NCBI GenBank assembly: GCA_009914755.4
Contig: CP068257.2
Coordinates: forward strand, 41,696,001 to 41,760,000
Direction: 5' to 3'
Origin: the human T2T-CHM13v2.0 reference genome, Homo sapiens
Length of the DNA: 64,000 nt
Positions within the stretch are counted from its first letter, which is position 1, and every line of letters starts with the position of its first letter. Position numbers and translations under genes: made by a program. Below the pieces are notes generated by a model, which ran no database searches, had not been told where the DNA came from, and saw only the letters and a list, made by a program, of their open reading frames with translations. Shown in pieces: positions 37,668 to 49,068 of the stretch.

Positions 37668-39646
37668 GGCAAGCTGCTGGCTGCAGTGCAGGCAGTGATG
37701 ACAATTCTCCTAACCAAAGACCCGCTGGCACCAGCCTCGTACTTGATGATCCTTCAACTCTTTGCTGAGCACCTTCCATGCACGGCCCTCGGGGGAAAAG
37801 CCCTTGATGGAAGGGAGGTGGGCGCTAGAGACACAGGTGAGGAAGCCAAGCCTGTTCAGTAGCGATGGAGCTACAGGGAAAATAAAGCGGGAGCCCTGGG
37901 CATGGTGGTTTAAATAGGGAGGTCCTGCAGGAAGGTCCTGACATGCTGCTTTTGGGCAAAGACCTTCAGGCTTGGAGTGGCATGAAGCCTGGGGTCTGCA
38001 CGTCGGGGAGCTGCTGCCTCTGAGACAGACCCCAAGCAGAATCAGATTCGGGGTCCCAGATCCCCAACCCGCCACTGACGGTGACTCCCAGGCCAGGAGT
38101 GAAACCCACGCTCTCATTGCCTTGATTTCTCAGGGGGCTTCATGAATATTTTGGTGTCTGGGGCACCTGTGGACAGTGGAGGAGGGGTGAGGTTGGCCCT
38201 GTGTGAGGAGGAGTCCAGGAGAAACCTGCGGTTACGCAGCCACCTTGGCCTGCCTGACAGTCAGGTTCCGCCTGAGGCCACAGTGAGATTGTGGTACGGG
38301 ACCTTCCTGCTCGGTGATCCTCTGGAGGTCAGCTAGATGTCCTCTAGAAAGTCCGGCAAGGCCTGGAGTTGAGTGGCCCTGGCTAGTGTCCCAGGACCGG
38401 CCCGGGCCTCCCGTGGAGGAAAGGGTGTCCAGGAGGGGAGTCGGGGCAGGGACATACAGGGCATCTCCGACCTGGAGGAGGTCCCCCCGCTGCAGAGGTC
38501 TCTGGGGATGAAAGCGGGGAGTCCCTGTCTTGACCACACCTGAACCCTACAGGAGGCTTCAAGGGCAGGTGGGCGGTGGGCTGAGGGGGTGCTGAGTCTT
38601 TGGCCTCTGAGGCGGTGCCCCATCTGTGCGGCACTGGGGGGCTTCAGATCAGCCTCCTGGCAGCCCTCCCTGCTGACCCCTCAAAGCTGTCCAACCTCGG
38701 GGGTGGGGGTCCCGAGCCCCCTTCTCTAGAAGCCCCTTGGCCCTTCCTGGACTGAGGAGCAACTTGCGGCTCTCCCGGCCCTGCCCTGTGTGTGACGGGA
38801 GGGGGACTTTGCCTCAGTTTTGTGCAGGATGGGTCACACCTGCGTCCAGAGAGAATGGGGCTGAGCTCTGCCCCGTTGACAATTATGCCCCAAAAGGACG
38901 CTGAGAATGTGCGAGTGTCTCTCCTAAAAGTGCTACCCTTTCCCTCGGCCGGGAGGGAGGGGGGCAGGCCAGGACTTGGAGGTACCGTGTGGGCAAGAGG
39001 GTTGTTGTCATAGCTCCTGGGTGGCGGGAGCAGGAAAGCTGGAGCCCAGTAGGAAGCAGTCCCCAGGTTCCCACCGGCTGATTCTAGGGTGAGGGCGAGT
39101 GGGCGCAGAGGAAGTGCCAGCCCTTCTGGGGAGCCCCCGAGGCTGTAGCAGGGCCAGCTGGAAACCACCCCTCAGTGAACACACAGCCTGTGCCTTCTGG
39201 GGCTGGGAGGTCAGGGCACCTCTGCCCAGAGGGCTCCTAAGCTGCCTGGGGAGCATCTCCTGCTGGTCACGAAACCCCAGGGAGCCCTGGGCCCCACCCG
39301 GCAGGCACAGAGAGCGCTTTGCCACCCAAGACCGAGTTGTCTCCTTCTAACACCACGGTGCACCCCCAGAGGCTGCAGTCAGGAGGGGACAGGGCAGAGG
39401 TGTTGTCCCCAAGCACCCTTGCTCCACAGGGCTGGAAAAGAACAGAACTGTCTGGAGTTACTGGTAGTTGCCTTGAGGGGCGATGAGGGAGGGCACATCG
39501 CCTGCCCTGTGGCAGAGAAGAGGCAGGCGCCGGGGCCTTCTGGAAGGCGGTGGGGGTCTCGTTAACCCTCCCAGAAGCAGCAGCTTTCCCACTGTGCAAG
39601 TACAGGCCCCCCAGGACCTGCCAGAGGCACCAAAACCACGGGTCTC

Positions 39647-39757
39647 CGTGTGTGTGTGTGTGCATGCTGTGTGCACGTGTATGCATGTGTGTGCCTACGT
39701 GTGTGCCTGTGTGTGCCTATGTGTGCTATGTGCATGTGTGTGGTGTGTGCCTGTGTA
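39647..39757. repeat. GT-rich compound microsatellite, (GT)n with interspersed gcatg and gcct
   Basis: Sequence gtgtgtgtgtgtgtgcatgctgtgtgcacgtgtatgcatgtgtgtgcctacgtgtgtgcctgtgtgtgcctatgtgtgc. Confidence 0.85.
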
Positions 39758-40861
39758 CAGGCCTGTCCCTTAGCAATTGTTGCAGGCCCCATTCCCCCGG
39801 GAGACAAGCACTCCTCCCTGCAGCTGTCACCTCACACCCCAGGGCCAGCAGGATGTCTCAGCCCCCTCACCACCCTGCTTCGGTCTCCCGGTCTGTCAAC
39901 TGGGGCCATTCGATGAGCCTCACCTGAGGTCTCTGCAGACGGCCTGTCCAGGTGGCAGGTGACGAATGCCCGGACACTGGTGGAATCCTATTCCCGGCCC
40001 TCCCAGGACTCACTCCAACTCCACAGGCCTTGGGTTGGGGCCCAGACACCTGCCCCTCCTCAAGCTTTCAGGGAAGCTGAGGCGGCCTGGTCTTTGCAGG
40101 CAGGTGCAGTGCCATAGTGCACAGCACCCCACCATGACCAGCAGCTGAAACCCCCTTTCCAGCCGCCAAGGCCACCCCACCCGACTTCTCACGGTGTGGC
40201 CTCCTGCGGTGTTTCGGTTTTGTGTAAATGGGGTCCCCGCTGCCCCCTCCCATGCTCCTGCACTGGGCCATGCCGAGCAGTGTGTGGTCAGGGCTGTCCC
40301 GCCTGGGTGGGTGTTTGGGGGTTTCCGGTGTGGGCTGTGTGGGCCGGAGCTGCCGAGAGCGGGCTTCTGATTTCTGGTTCACGGATGTGCTGCCGGGCCC
40401 CAAGGGTGTGTTAGTTCTGCGTTAGCCAAAGCACCAAGACGATGATGTCCCCAGCCGGACTAAGAAGCACGGGGAATGGGTGTCCATAAAGAAGGAGCCG
40501 TGCCTGGGCAGAGGGCTGTGCTCGCCCAAGGACAGCGACCCGCGCTCCCCACTTCCTCTCTGGGGACTGGGGGTGGAGGTGCCCCAGAGGCCCCACCAAA
40601 GGCAGCCTGAACGGGCCTCCTGAGCCAATGCAGGGCCCCAGGATACTGCTCGGCAGGGCCCTGGAATCGCTTCCCCAGCCCGCCTGCACTTGGCCAGACA
40701 AACTGTGTGTTCGTTTGCCTGTTTGTGTGCTTTTGTGGGTGCCAAGCTAGAAGCCACTGAATCTGATCTGTCCCAAGCCACTTGAGCAGCCATTCCTGAC
40801 ACGCGCCACACTGGGCACTGCCCTGGACACCTGCGGGGTCAGAAAGGAGGAACCAGACGCC

Positions 40862-41050
40862 CGGACCTGCCCCCTAGACCCATGGCCTGGCCCGAGGGAG
40901 AGGTGCATGGCTGGCACAGATGCACGGACCTGCCCCCTGGACCTATGGCCTGGCCAGAGGGAGAGGTGCACGGCTGGCACGGACACACAGACTTGCCCCC
41001 TGGACCCATGGCCTGGCCCGAGGGAGAAGTGCACGGCTCGCATGGAAGGC
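40862..41050. repeat. 63-bp tandem repeat x3 (cggacctgccccctRgacccatggcctggcccgagggagaggtgcaYggctggcacRgaYRca)
   Basis: Three adjacent copies at ~40862, 40925 and 40988. It is the source of the track ORFs 40747..41094(-), 40839..41135(-) and 40882..41199(+). Confidence 0.9.
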
Positions 41051-43105
41051 CACACATTCCCATCTTGAGGGCAAAGACACCAGGTGTGTGGCAAGGCAGG
41101 TGGTCACTCGAGGACACTGCAGAAGCTGCCGGCACTCCCTGGGGCCCTATAAGCAGAAACCCTGCCCAGGGACCTCCTATGGGCTCCAGCTCACATTAAT
41201 TTCTAGACAGTTCCATTGCGGCTTCGGTGCTTGGTTGGTTTGTCTCCCTGTGGTGAGCACTTTGCCCAGCACTGGAGAAGTTCATGGGCCACTCGCACCT
41301 GCCTCTGCTCGCTGAAGGCCTTTTTCCCCAGAGGAAGAGACGCCTCGCTCTCCACAGCTTTCCACTTCAGAGGTCCTTGGAGACTCCACAGGAAATCCCA
41401 CCAGGAATTTGGGGGTGGAGGCAGCTCTGTTCCCCTGCACCCCAGCTCTGGGCCAGCCCCTTGGCAAGGCCCCTTGGGGGACCCACGTAGAGGGCAGGGG
41501 GACCAGGAGCACCCAGCGTCCCAGAGCAGCCCCTCCTCTGGAGAAGCCATGACTGGCTGAAGTTAAGGGGCCTTAAGAAAACAAGCTCTGTGGACCTTAA
41601 ATGTTTGCTGCTGTCCGAGAGGAGAGTGGAGCACCAGAAGCCATAGACGTCGGTCGGGAGGAGCTGGGTGTCCCTCCCCAGCCCCAAGCCACCAGGGATG
41701 CCGAGGAGAACACAGGCTAGGAGAAGCCCCCTCCCCACCCTCTGCCTGGCTCCAGCTTCCGGGAGACGCCCACCCCCTCTTCTCTCCTTCTCCTTCCATC
41801 CTTCCGGAGGCTTCCCGGACTTCCCTGCTCTACCACACACACTGTTGGCCAAAATTTACTTTTAAGTATTGATAGAAAAGTCTCTTACTGATAGTATCGT
41901 GTGTATTTTTGGGATAATTGAATTCCGCGAGGTGCTTTGTTTTGTTTTTACATGAGCTAGTGGGTCTGGAAGAACCTTCCACAGAGGAGCCCCCGGCTCT
42001 GCTCCCAAGCCCTGTCTCTTCCTAACTCCTCGGACTTGAAACTGCCCGGACACGACCTCTGACCCTGCAGGTGTGCAGGGGCAGTTTCCCGGAAGCCATT
42101 CCTGTTCTGGACAGCTGTGAGGTACCCATAAGTGACCATGAGCCATCTGCACAGTCATCCCATAACCCCAACTAGATACAGTTTGGGTATCTGTGCCCCC
42201 CAAACTGTGCCAACAAGGGGAGGGTGCCTGGGGTGGGGAGAGAGGCTGCCGGGTAGAGAGCGTCAGGTGGGAAACAGGACTGGGCTACACACTTTTGTGG
42301 AGTTTGCACCACTCACACCACTCACACCAGCTGCCAGAACACTTCCTGTCCAGGGCCCAGCGCCTCTGGCAGGTGGGAGCCCCATTCAGTGACCGTGGCC
42401 CCGCCCCCCTCCCCCGAGCCTCCAAAGAAAGGAGCCGTTGTTTATCCAGCAACAAGCCGTGTGGATAGTGAGGATCCCGGGAGGGGACAAGGAGCAACTG
42501 AACACTGGCTCCATGGGACAAAGGCACCGGCTCTCAGTCTCCAGAGTGTGGTCCCCTGGCTTGTTGAGAAACCCCGCGGGACTGGGGAGGGGGAAGGGGG
42601 CAGGGGGCAGAGCAGGTGTGACTAGGACCCAATAGCCAGCGTATGTGTGGCTGGTGCAGTGCTACTTCCGTCCCCCTCCTGAGCCCCCCTTGAATCAAAT
42701 GGCACCGTCACCCCTGCAGAGCGCGAGAAGCCACCCGCCCGGGAGCTGCTAAACGTCATTAAGTCCCTACGGTGACGGTGACGCAGGCACTGAAAGCTCT
42801 GAGAAATAGGCCGGCAGAGGGAGGGAGGGAGGGATCCAGGATGCCAGGCCTTTGTGTCCCCGTCACGCCAGGCTCAGGGACGTCGGGGACATCGTCTGAG
42901 CCAGGAAAGAAGGAGGCTGGGGGCTGGGCCCAGGGCAGGGGCCCTGTGTGTATAGGAAGGGAAGCCCCGGGCAGGGAGCCCAGCCCTCCGAACGCAGCCT
43001 GCTAAGGGCACCGGGAATTAAGACGTGAAAGGCACACAGCAGAACGCGCGTGGGCCTCGAAAGGCTCCCTCGGAGCTCTTCATGGGCTGGCCCCAGGAGT
43101 GTTAG

Positions 43106-43627
<522 letters not shown>

Positions 43628-44204
43628 AAGGCCAATTTTTAGATACCCATTTTAGACACCCATCCCAGGCTGTGTTCAGGAAAAAGTGAGGTGGGGTGTC
43701 AGGAGCTGTGTGAGCCTTGTGGTGCTGAGTGGCCATGGGCAAGCCCCTGCCCTCTGGGCCTCGGCTGGGACACAGGTGTCCCTCCCCTGGCTGGAATCAT
43801 GCCCAGCATGGGCCCATCCGGCTCCGCCCTGCCCCCCGGCCTCACCTGAGCTCACCACACACAGGCCCATCAGGGAAGCGGGACTGGGCACTCCCTGGCA
43901 CCCCCGAGAGCCGGGGCCAGGCAGAGAGGCCACACAGGCCCACCTGTGCCCAGGTAGGCAGGTCCCGTAGAACCTGGACAGGTGCATGACCTGGGCAGGG
44001 GTGACAGCAGAAACACAGCTCCTCATTAAAGAGAAAACCTCATCCTGGATGTGTGCGTGGGTGTGAGTGTGCTTACTTGTGAGTGTATGGGAGAATGTGT
44101 GTGTGGGTGTGAATGGGTGTGATGTCAGCGAGGGTGTATTTTGACAGAGAGTGCTGCTAGGTGTGTGAGTGTATGTATGAAATCACCTCTAATTGTGCAT
44201 ATGA

Positions 44205-44440
44205 CTGCTGTGAGATGATGTTGGGTGTCTGATGGGTGTGTGGTGTGTGCGAGATGATGTGTGGGTGTCTGGTGAGTGTGTAGTGTGTGTGAGATGATGT
44301 TGGGTGTCTGATGGGTGTGTGGTGTGTGTGAGATGATGTGTGGGTGTCTGGTGAGTGTGTGGTGTGTGAGATGATGTGTGGGTGTCTGATGGGTGTGTGG
44401 TGTGTGTGAGATGGTGTGTGGGTGTCTGATGAGGGAGTGT
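44205..44440. repeat. ~41-bp minisatellite x6 (gtgagatgatgtgtgggtgtctgatgggtgtgtggtgtgt)
   Basis: Six adjacent copies read directly. It belongs to the larger TG-rich complex spanning 44040-45170. Confidence 0.9.
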
Positions 44441-44544
44441 GTGCTGTGTGTAACCATGTGTCTCTGGTATGTGTGTTATGTATGTGAGTGTGTGGGGAGG
44501 TTATGTCTTTGTGGTGTGTATTGTGTGTACCCATGTTGTGTGTG

Positions 44545-45168
44545 TTTCTCTGTGTGTCCATGGTGTGTTCACAACGTGTACCAGTGGTGTGTGTGTCCAT
44601 GGTGTGTGTGTGTGTGGTGTGTGTCCCTGGTGTGTGTGGTGTGCGTCCCTGGTGTTTGTGTGTCCCTGATGTGTGTGCATCCCTGGTGTGTGTATGGGTC
44701 CCTGGTGTGTGTGCTGTGCGTCCCTGGTGTGTGTGCATCCCTTGTGTGTCTGTCCCTGGTGTGTGTCCCTGGTGTGTGTGGTGTGTGTCCCTGGTGTGTG
44801 TGTGGTGTGTGTGTCCCTGGTGTGTGTGTGTCCCTGGTGTGTGTGTTTGCGGGGGTCCCTGGTGTGTGTGGTGTGCGTCCCTGGAGTGTGTGTGGGTCCC
44901 TGGTGTGTGTGTGGGTCCCTGGTGTGTGTGGTATGCATCCCTGGTGTGTGTGTGGTGTGCATCCCCGGTGTGTGTGTGTGTGTCCCTGGTGTGTGCAGGG
45001 GTCCCTGGTGTGTGTGGTGTGCGTCCCTGGTGTGTGTGGGTGTCCCTGGTGTGTGTGGTGTGCGTCCGTGGTGTGTGTGGGTGTCCCTGGTGTGTGTGGT
45101 GTGCGTCCCTGGTGTGTGTGGTGTGTGTCCCTGGTGTGTGTGTGTCTGTCCCTGACGTGTGTGTGTAT
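44545..45168. repeat. ~20-27-bp TG-rich minisatellite, about 28 copies (tccctggtgtgtgtggtgtgcg and variants)
   Basis: The motif gtccctggtgtgtg recurs every 20-27 bp across ~620 bp. It is the source of the longest track ORFs, 44157..45500(-) at 447 aa, 44393..45517(+) and 44569..45576(-). Confidence 0.95.
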
Positions 45169-47094
45169 CTGTGCACACGGCTGCCCACCCACAGGCTGTC
45201 CTGGCCAGGTGCCTGGTTCTCCCAGGCCCTGCAGAACACTCTGTGCGGAGTGGGCCCAGGAGGTGGGATTCCTGCAGAGCCGGTCCCTCTGGCCCTCGGG
45301 GTCTGCGCATCTTGGACAGTGTCCTGTGGGCTGCTCTGAGCCCAGGCACTGCTTGCAGGGCAGATGGGACACCGGCTGGAGGATGCCCACAGCCCATGGG
45401 CTGGTTGCTGCTGTCTCCCGCCTGCCTGCCAGGGGCACAGCCGGGGGTTTAGGGTGCAGCCTCCGGCCCGCTGGCTCAAGTTTCCAGAAGAGTCTGCCAC
45501 AGACAGATCTCATGTAGCAAAGGGCAGAGGCCAGAGGTGGACTCCACACGGGCCTGCAATGGGTGACTGTGGGCAAGTCACCAAACCACGCAGGGCCTCC
45601 TGGTCACCGACCAGTCACCACCCCTGTCCCAGGGTAGGTGATGAGACAAAGCCCTTCCCTTGGCCCTGGCAGAGAAGTGAGGAGCAGCCGCTCTGCCTTA
45701 GTTTATAAAATGGGAAGAACAAGTCCCTGAGGGTCAACGTTTGGGGGACCCTGCAGAGACTGGGCACAAAGTGTCCTGCACATCTAGGATCAGGCAGGTG
45801 ATGCTCAGACAAGTTCCAAACACATGGGGAACCAAAATGTGGTTGCCCCAAAATGTGGTTTTGGGGACCCCAACACCTGGGGTGGGTGGGCACAGCGTGC
45901 TCCTGTGTTGCTGAGAGCCAGAGAGGAAGTCTCCAACCCCACAGGGCTTTCCTGATCCGGGCATCTCGGCCCGGGGCCTGGCTGCTGGGCGGGCCCCAGG
46001 AGTGCCCCCATGGAGGGCCTTCTGGGATGACATTGGCCTGTGGCCACTTCTGCAGCCCCAGCCCAGCCTTCAGGTCTCTCCTGCTTCAGAAGCCCTTGGC
46101 CATCCCCAGGCACCTCCCGGACATTGCCCAGAGCGGCGGCCCTAAGACGACAAGAGCTGTGATGCCCCGTTGGTGCCGCTAGGACTGCCCAGCCCTCCTG
46201 CTGCTCCGTGGACCTCCGGGGTCTGGGATGGGTGGGTGGGGCCCTTCCTGGTGACTGGCGTTTACTGGGCTTCTGTGGGGCCACCAAGCACCGACACAGG
46301 GTCAGAGTGAGGAGCGAAAGCCCTGACGCCTGCCCTCATGGGGAGTCGGTCTCCTCTGGACACGGCCTTGTTCCAGTGACCACAGAGGCTGGCGAGTGCC
46401 ACGTGGTCCCCACTGCATCACACACCTCCCACGCCCTGCCCGGCGTCAGGGACAGGAGGCTCAGGGAAGCGAAGGACACTGCCCAGGGGCACGGGGCTGG
46501 CCAGGGCTCGCCCAGGCCTGCCTGCCCCAAAGCCCAGCTCCTCTCTCCACCCGGCTCCTAGCTTTGTCCCAAAAAGCCGGAAGGACCAGACACTTGGTTT
46601 GGGGCAAAACTTAAGTGGGAGGGTGCTAAAAAAAAATCAAGATCAATAACATTTTAGTGTAATACTTTTAAAAATTAAAATTAATGCACAATTCATGATG
46701 AACGAAATGTCAAACTTCTAAACAAGTCAAGGCCCGCCTCTGTGTGGCACAGCCCTGGGGGCGAGTGCTCAGCCCACCCCAAACCCCTGGGCCGGGCTCC
46801 AGGGAAATGCTGCCAGCTTCCCACTTCCAGCAGAGCCAGCCCCTCAGCTGTGAGACGGTTTCCACAGCGACCAGCCCAGGTAGCGGGGAGGCTCTCCAGT
46901 TCAGGGGATGCTAGGAGACACTGGGAAGGGGGATCCCTGCTGGGAAGAGCCAGGAAGGGGCTCCACAATTCCTCTGGAGGAAGCACGACCTCCAAGGATG
47001 AGGAGAGGAAATCCCTCCAGCCCAGGAATTTCCCAAGCCAGAGCTCTCTGCCTCATGAGAATGGAGCCACCGTCCCCAGCGCCAAGGGAGGCTG

Positions 47095-47160
47095 CTCCCT
47101 CCCTTCCTCCTTCCCTCCCTTCCTCCCTCCCTCCCTCCCTTCCTCCTCCCTGTCCTTGCC
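47095..47160. repeat. (CCCT)n/(CCTT)n polypyrimidine microsatellite. The complementary strand is (AGGG)n.
   Basis: Sequence ctccctcccttcctccttccctcccttcctccctccctccctcccttcctcctccc. Confidence 0.9.
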
Positions 47161-47828
47161 CCCCGGGAGCCTAAGAGCTCGCTACCTGGGGTGAATGCCC
47201 AGTAGACCGTGCAGTTCTGATTTTCTCACACACTGCACTTTTGGATGATTACTTATGGATGCTAGCCATTACGAAGGAAGCAAAAAGCCGTGTGCAGTGC
47301 AGGACTGAGTTTGCTTGATTAAAAGGCCTCGCCAGTTGCTGACGCCCTGGGGTTGCGTCTGAGGGGCGGTGAACGTGGCCTCCAGATTTCTCTTGCTGCG
47401 AGGCTTGGGCACATCCCGATGGCAGTTGGCTGTGGGGTGAACGGGGAGTGCCAGGCAGGAGGCAGGGGCCTGGCAGGAAATAGATGTTACATGCAAATTG
47501 AATCACTTAAGGAGCATTTAATAAAGGAATTACAAGAACAGGACAGACTTGGGAAACCAGGAGGGATGGGTGCTCAAGGGGCAGCCCGGGCAGGAGAACC
47601 GCGTCTTCCCAAGGCCTGGAGAGGGAGGGCAGGAGCCAGTGCCGACCCAAGCCTTGTAGCTGTCGGTAAGAAGGCCTGGACAGGAGCCGCTCCCCACCCC
47701 TGACACACACAAAGGACACAGTGAGTCCCAAGCCCTTGGAGGGCAGTGGAAACGCCCCCTTAACAGGCAACGTTCTTCCGAGAAACAGAACCAGGGGGAT
47801 TTGTCCCGGCTTTCCTGACATGAAAAAA

Positions 47829-48408
47829 ACAATAGGCGGTTCATATACACGTATATATATTTAGACAATAGGCGGTTTACATACACATATATATGTTTAG
47901 AGAACAGACGGTTTACATACACGGATATACGTTTAGACAACAGGCAGTTTACATACACGGATATATGTTTAGAGAACAGGCGGTTTACATACACGGATAT
48001 ACGTTTAGAGAACAGGCGGTTTACATACACGGATATACGTTTAGAGAACAGGCGGTTTACATACACGGATATACGTTTAGACAACAGGCGGTTTACATAC
48101 ACGGATATACGTTTAGAGAACAGGCGGTTTACATACACGGATATATGTTTAGACAACAACAGGCGGTTTACATACACGGATATATGTTTAGACAACAGGC
48201 GGTTTACATACACGGATATATGTTTAGACAACAGGCGGTTTACATACACGGATATATGTTTAGACAACAGGCGGTTTACATACACGGATATATGTTTAGA
48301 CAACAGGCGGTTTACATACACGGATATATGTTTAGACAACAGGCGGTTTACATACACGGATATATGTTTAGACAACAGGCGGTTTACCTAGACGGATATA
48401 TGTTTAGA
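47829..48408. repeat. 36-bp minisatellite, ~16 copies (agacaacaggcggtttacatacacggatatatgttt)
   Basis: The period of 36 was verified from ggcgg recurrences at 47835 and 47871. The unit is AT-rich compared with the surrounding DNA. It is the source of the track ORFs 47530..48375(-) and 47893..48420(+). Confidence 0.95.
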
Positions 48409-48920
48409 GATTTATTTTAAGGCATTGGATCCCGCAATCATGGGGGTTCAAAACCTGCAGGGCAGGCGGCAGGCAGGAGACACGCAGTAGGGCACGTCAC
48501 CGTCTTGAGGCAGGTGTTCTCAGTGAAACCTCGGTTTTCACTCTTAAGGGCTTCCTTTGAAGGGATGAGTCCCTCCCAGAAAAATCGAGGCTAATCTCCT
48601 TCAGATCATCTGATTGTGGATATTGAGCTCCTCTGCAGGACACCTTCCCAGCTACACCTGGGCTCATGTTTGAGCACTTAGGTACTGTGGCCTGGCCAGG
48701 ATTACAGGTAATGCAAACCTCATCCTCCCCATTTTGCCTCTCCCATCCTGGGCTTCTCTGCCAGGGCTTCCTAAGGGCTGAGCCAGAGGCGGAGAGGGCC
48801 TTGGGGGCATGCAGAGAGCTCAGCAGAGCAAGAAGAGGTCAGCCAGGCTGGGGGTCCCGGCGACTCAGGCAGGAGCCTGACGTTTAATTCCAGGTCTGCA
48901 GGAAACCATCTTGAGCTCCA

Positions 48921-49068
48921 GGTGGGAGAGGGTTCCCTGTGATCAGATTCTGAGCCTCGGGCGGGAGAGCGTTCCCTGTGATCAGATTCTGAGCCCCAGG
49001 CGGGAAAGGGTTCCCTGTGATCAGATTCTGAGCCCCGGGCGGGAGAGGGTTCCCTGTGATCAGATTCC
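48921..49068. repeat. ~38-bp tandem repeat x4 (ggRgggagagRgttccctgtgatcagattctgagccYcRg)
   Basis: Four copies starting at ~48921, 48960, 48998 and 49037. Confidence 0.9.

Noticed and set aside
37052-37717. ORFs of 221 aa, 166 aa and 134 aa with repeated GTQVCMGPRCAW / MHTWVPCTP motifs
   Set aside because: They are translations of the 18-bp minisatellite in several frames.
44157-45576. The longest ORFs in the track: 447 aa on the minus strand at 44157..45500, 374 aa on the plus strand at 44393..45517, and 335 aa and 298 aa on the minus strand. Could they be a Cys- or His/Thr-rich repeat protein?
   Set aside because: They lie exactly on the TG-rich minisatellite, whose unit contains no stop codon in several frames on both strands. 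The translations are pure repeat read-through (HTHT... or CVCV...). Three overlapping frames are open at once, which is a hallmark of a repeat artifact and not a gene.
47530-48420. ORFs of 281 aa (minus) and 175 aa (plus) with perfectly periodic peptide repeats (SKHISVYVNRLL / AVYIHGYMFRQQ)
   Set aside because: These are translations of the 36-bp minisatellite. Because 36 is divisible by 3, a 12-aa peptide repeats for as long as the array lasts. There is no start or stop context and no coding signal beyond the repeat.
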